Below are positions 59,432 through 61,041 of a DNA stretch of 61,041 nt, one piece after another (the stretch's first letter is position 1; every line of letters starts with the position of its first letter). The stretch covers positions 1 through 61,041 of the forward strand of contig JBBRSB010000032.1 in assembly GCA_038245785.1 (NCBI GenBank). The letters run 5' to 3'. Below the pieces are notes generated by a model, which searched no databases, had not been told where the DNA came from, and saw only the letters and a program-made list of their open reading frames with translations. A program made the translations under genes and the position numbers. Source of the DNA: Gloeobacterales cyanobacterium (GTDB taxonomy: Bacteria > Cyanobacteriota > Cyanobacteriia > Gloeobacterales > PMM-0068).

Positions 59432-59800
59432 TCAGGGCCGCAGAGCCTTGGCATAGAAAACGTTAGTGTCAGCAAGGTTGAGAGTATTAATCGCGTAATA
59501 CACCCCTGCGTTCTTTTTGATCGCGTGAAAACTATCCTCATTGTAACGGATTATCAGGTTAGACTCTACACGCGATAACGTAACAAATCCTACTAGTTCT
59601 AGAAATTCCAGATAGTTATAAACCGCATCATCATGAGGAAGTTCGCCGCGTGCTACAGGCCTTTCAAATACTTCGCATAAAGGCTCCAATAGCTCACGTT
59701 CATCTGGAGTTAAGAAAGAACTTAGCTGATGATACTTTTTTACAATCTTTTTTAAAATACTGAACTTTATTGAAATTTGTTTCCAATTATTTTTGGACAT
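59432..59800 (-). CDS. Hypothetical protein (possible winged-helix fold)
   Basis: 122-aa AT-rich ORF; helix followed by GFVTLSR..IIRY hairpin-like segment; family not recognised. Confidence 0.5.
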   Translation of the reverse strand: MSKNNWKQISIKFSILKKIVKKYHQLSSFLTPDERELLEPLCEVFERPVARGELPHDDAVYNYLEFLELVGFVTLSRVESNLIIRYNEDSFHAIKKNAGVYYAINTLNLADTNVFYAKALRP

Positions 59801-60108
59801 ATACTTTCAGACCTTTAAAAGTTAGATATTTGATTCGAAGTTAAACACTTAAGAGTGTTTTGCATATTTACCAACAATAACAGAATAAAACATGATAGAC
59901 GCGATTAAACTAGAAATCTCCTAAGGGGGCTACTAAGGAGGAGCAGGGGCACTACAGATTTAGATGCGATTAGGGAGCATGGTCACGGTTGCGATAGTGA
60001 AGGTAGCGAGAGCATGATGCTGTCTGGGCCAGAAAGACCGATGGAAGAGCGATGTTAAAGACCAAGAGCGGGGAAATAATAGCTTCCAGACCCATCTCTT
60101 GAGATGCC

Positions 60109-60390
60109 GTGTCGGCTGCGCCTACCTGTTCAATCTGCCTACGGCAGCAGGTACCTTATGCAGGACACGGCAGAGCGGGCAAGACGCTGCGCGGGGACCC
60201 TTCAGGGCAACAGGGGCCGCAGGAGACCTGGAGGCCCTGGACGGAACAGGAAAAGAAGGAGCTGGCAGCGCAGGTAGAGCAGCAAGCCGGACTGATGAAG
60301 TATTGCTTAGAGGCGGCTCAAAGGTTTGTAGATGGTGGTCTGGTCGAAGGGGACTTAGCTATAGAGCTCTTCAAAGAAGTCATGCACTAG
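60109..60390 (+). CDS. Hypothetical protein or remnant; its 5' part is repeat-derived
   Basis: The C-terminal RPWTEQEKKELAAQVEQQA... looks like a real helical protein; the N-terminal codons lie within the dispersed repeat. Confidence 0.4.
   Translation: MSAAPTCSICLRQQVPYAGHGRAGKTLRGDPSGQQGPQETWRPWTEQEKKELAAQVEQQAGLMKYCLEAAQRFVDGGLVEGDLAIELFKEVMH
60112..60169 (+). repeat. 58-bp structured dispersed repeat, second copy
   Basis: 55/58 identical to 23933-23990. Confidence 0.9.
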
Positions 60391-60459
60391 CCCAACAACC
60401 AAGGAGAAGACACTGCGCTAGATCTACACCGGATAAAATCACTGGGGAGCAGGAATGAA

Positions 60460-60531
60460 ATGATATGCACACCGCATGACCAGTTTGCAAAGCAATGTAT
60501 GACAATGACAGAGTTTCTAGAACCTTTTGGC
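60460..60531 (+). pseudogene. N-terminal remnant of a cyanobacterial PHDQFAK (Rpn/DUF4351-associated-like) protein
   Basis: MICTPHDQFAKQCMTMTEFLEPFG, then homology is lost; contains a tandem ATGACA duplication. Confidence 0.5.
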
Positions 60532-60886
60532 AAGCCTCTGGTCAGGGAATGGGATAAAGTTACCAAATGCCGGTCGCGCCTTTGTGGATATAGCAAAAGT
60601 CCAAGGTTACTGTTTGAATGTGACTCATAGGCGAGGTCAACATAAGGCTCGTGTGTTTGTATCGGCTCTTGGGCTGACGGTTGAGGATGCTGAATTTCTC
60701 CGAGATGCTTTGCTAAGCGCGGCTAAAAGCTATGATGCTGTCCTAACTGAGGAAATCGAGTACGGGCAATTGTACGTGCTAGACTTCCCAATAAGTAGAC
60801 CTGTTGGATGGGCGATAGTTCGGAGCGGTTGGATTGTTCGCAAGGGCGAGGATTTTCCCAGGCTGACGAGTTGCTATGTCCTCTAA
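60527..60886 (+). CDS. DUF6883-family protein; start uncertain
   Basis: KLPN, YCLN..H..G.HKARVF..LG, YG..Y, VRSGWI, PRLTSCY. Confidence 0.8.
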   Translation: MASLWSGNGIKLPNAGRAFVDIAKVQGYCLNVTHRRGQHKARVFVSALGLTVEDAEFLRDALLSAAKSYDAVLTEEIEYGQLYVLDFPISRPVGWAIVRSGWIVRKGEDFPRLTSCYVL

Positions 60887-60900
60887 AGGGAGGAATTACT

Positions 60901-61041
60901 ATGAACAGTACAATTAACCTGTTAGATGTTGTGGCTTTAGCTGAGGATTTGCCTGAGCATGGACTACCTCGCGGTCAGGTTGGGACTGTTGTTGATGAAC
61001 TGGCTGCTGATGTTTTTTTGATTGAGTTTAGTGACGATCGG
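60901..61041 (+). CDS. DUF4926-family protein, truncated by the window end
   Basis: SD GGAGG; MNSTINLLDVVALAEDLPEHGLPRGQVGTVVDELAADVFLIEFSDDR. Confidence 0.85.
   Translation, partial: MNSTINLLDVVALAEDLPEHGLPRGQVGTVVDELAADVFLIEFSDDR

Larger units (their letters stand above)
57987..61041. mobile_element. Left part of a tRNA-Val-integrated genomic island
   Basis: Integrase directly downstream of the tRNA 3' end, followed by orphans, gene remnants and a toxin/immunity-like pair; no second att copy seen in the window. Confidence 0.7.

Overview
61-kb chromosomal segment of a cyanobacterium, probably an early-branching Gloeobacterales-like lineage (inferred from a lipoprotein-type plastocyanin, no HIP1 octamers seen by eye, and ancestral murD-ftsW and rsmH-ftsL-ftsI gene order). 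Most of it is housekeeping: pyrC, mgdA, murD, ftsW, nadD, aat, ho1, mntH, thrS, rsmH, ftsI, cimA and dusB, plus the 5' part of 6S RNA, tRNA-Ala(CGC) and tRNA-Val(TAC). Four regions stand out. (1) 15.7-19.0 kb: a block made almost only of regulators, with two AraC+XRE pairs truncated reciprocally, matching 38-bp boxes at identical promoter positions, a palindromic operator and a DUF3892 gene at the end. (2) 29.8-33.0 kb: a KAP P-loop NTPase plus Phd/VapC toxin-antitoxin cassette bounded by 58-bp inverted repeats of a REP-like family. (3) 41.4-55.2 kb: a chemosensory operon in permuted order, with two TPR-headed MCP paralogs and a giant CheA carrying a repetitive linker. (4) 58 kb onward: the left end of an integrase island at tRNA-Val. 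Several nested small dispersed repeats are present. No CRISPR array was seen. All family assignments come from motif recognition, not database searches.
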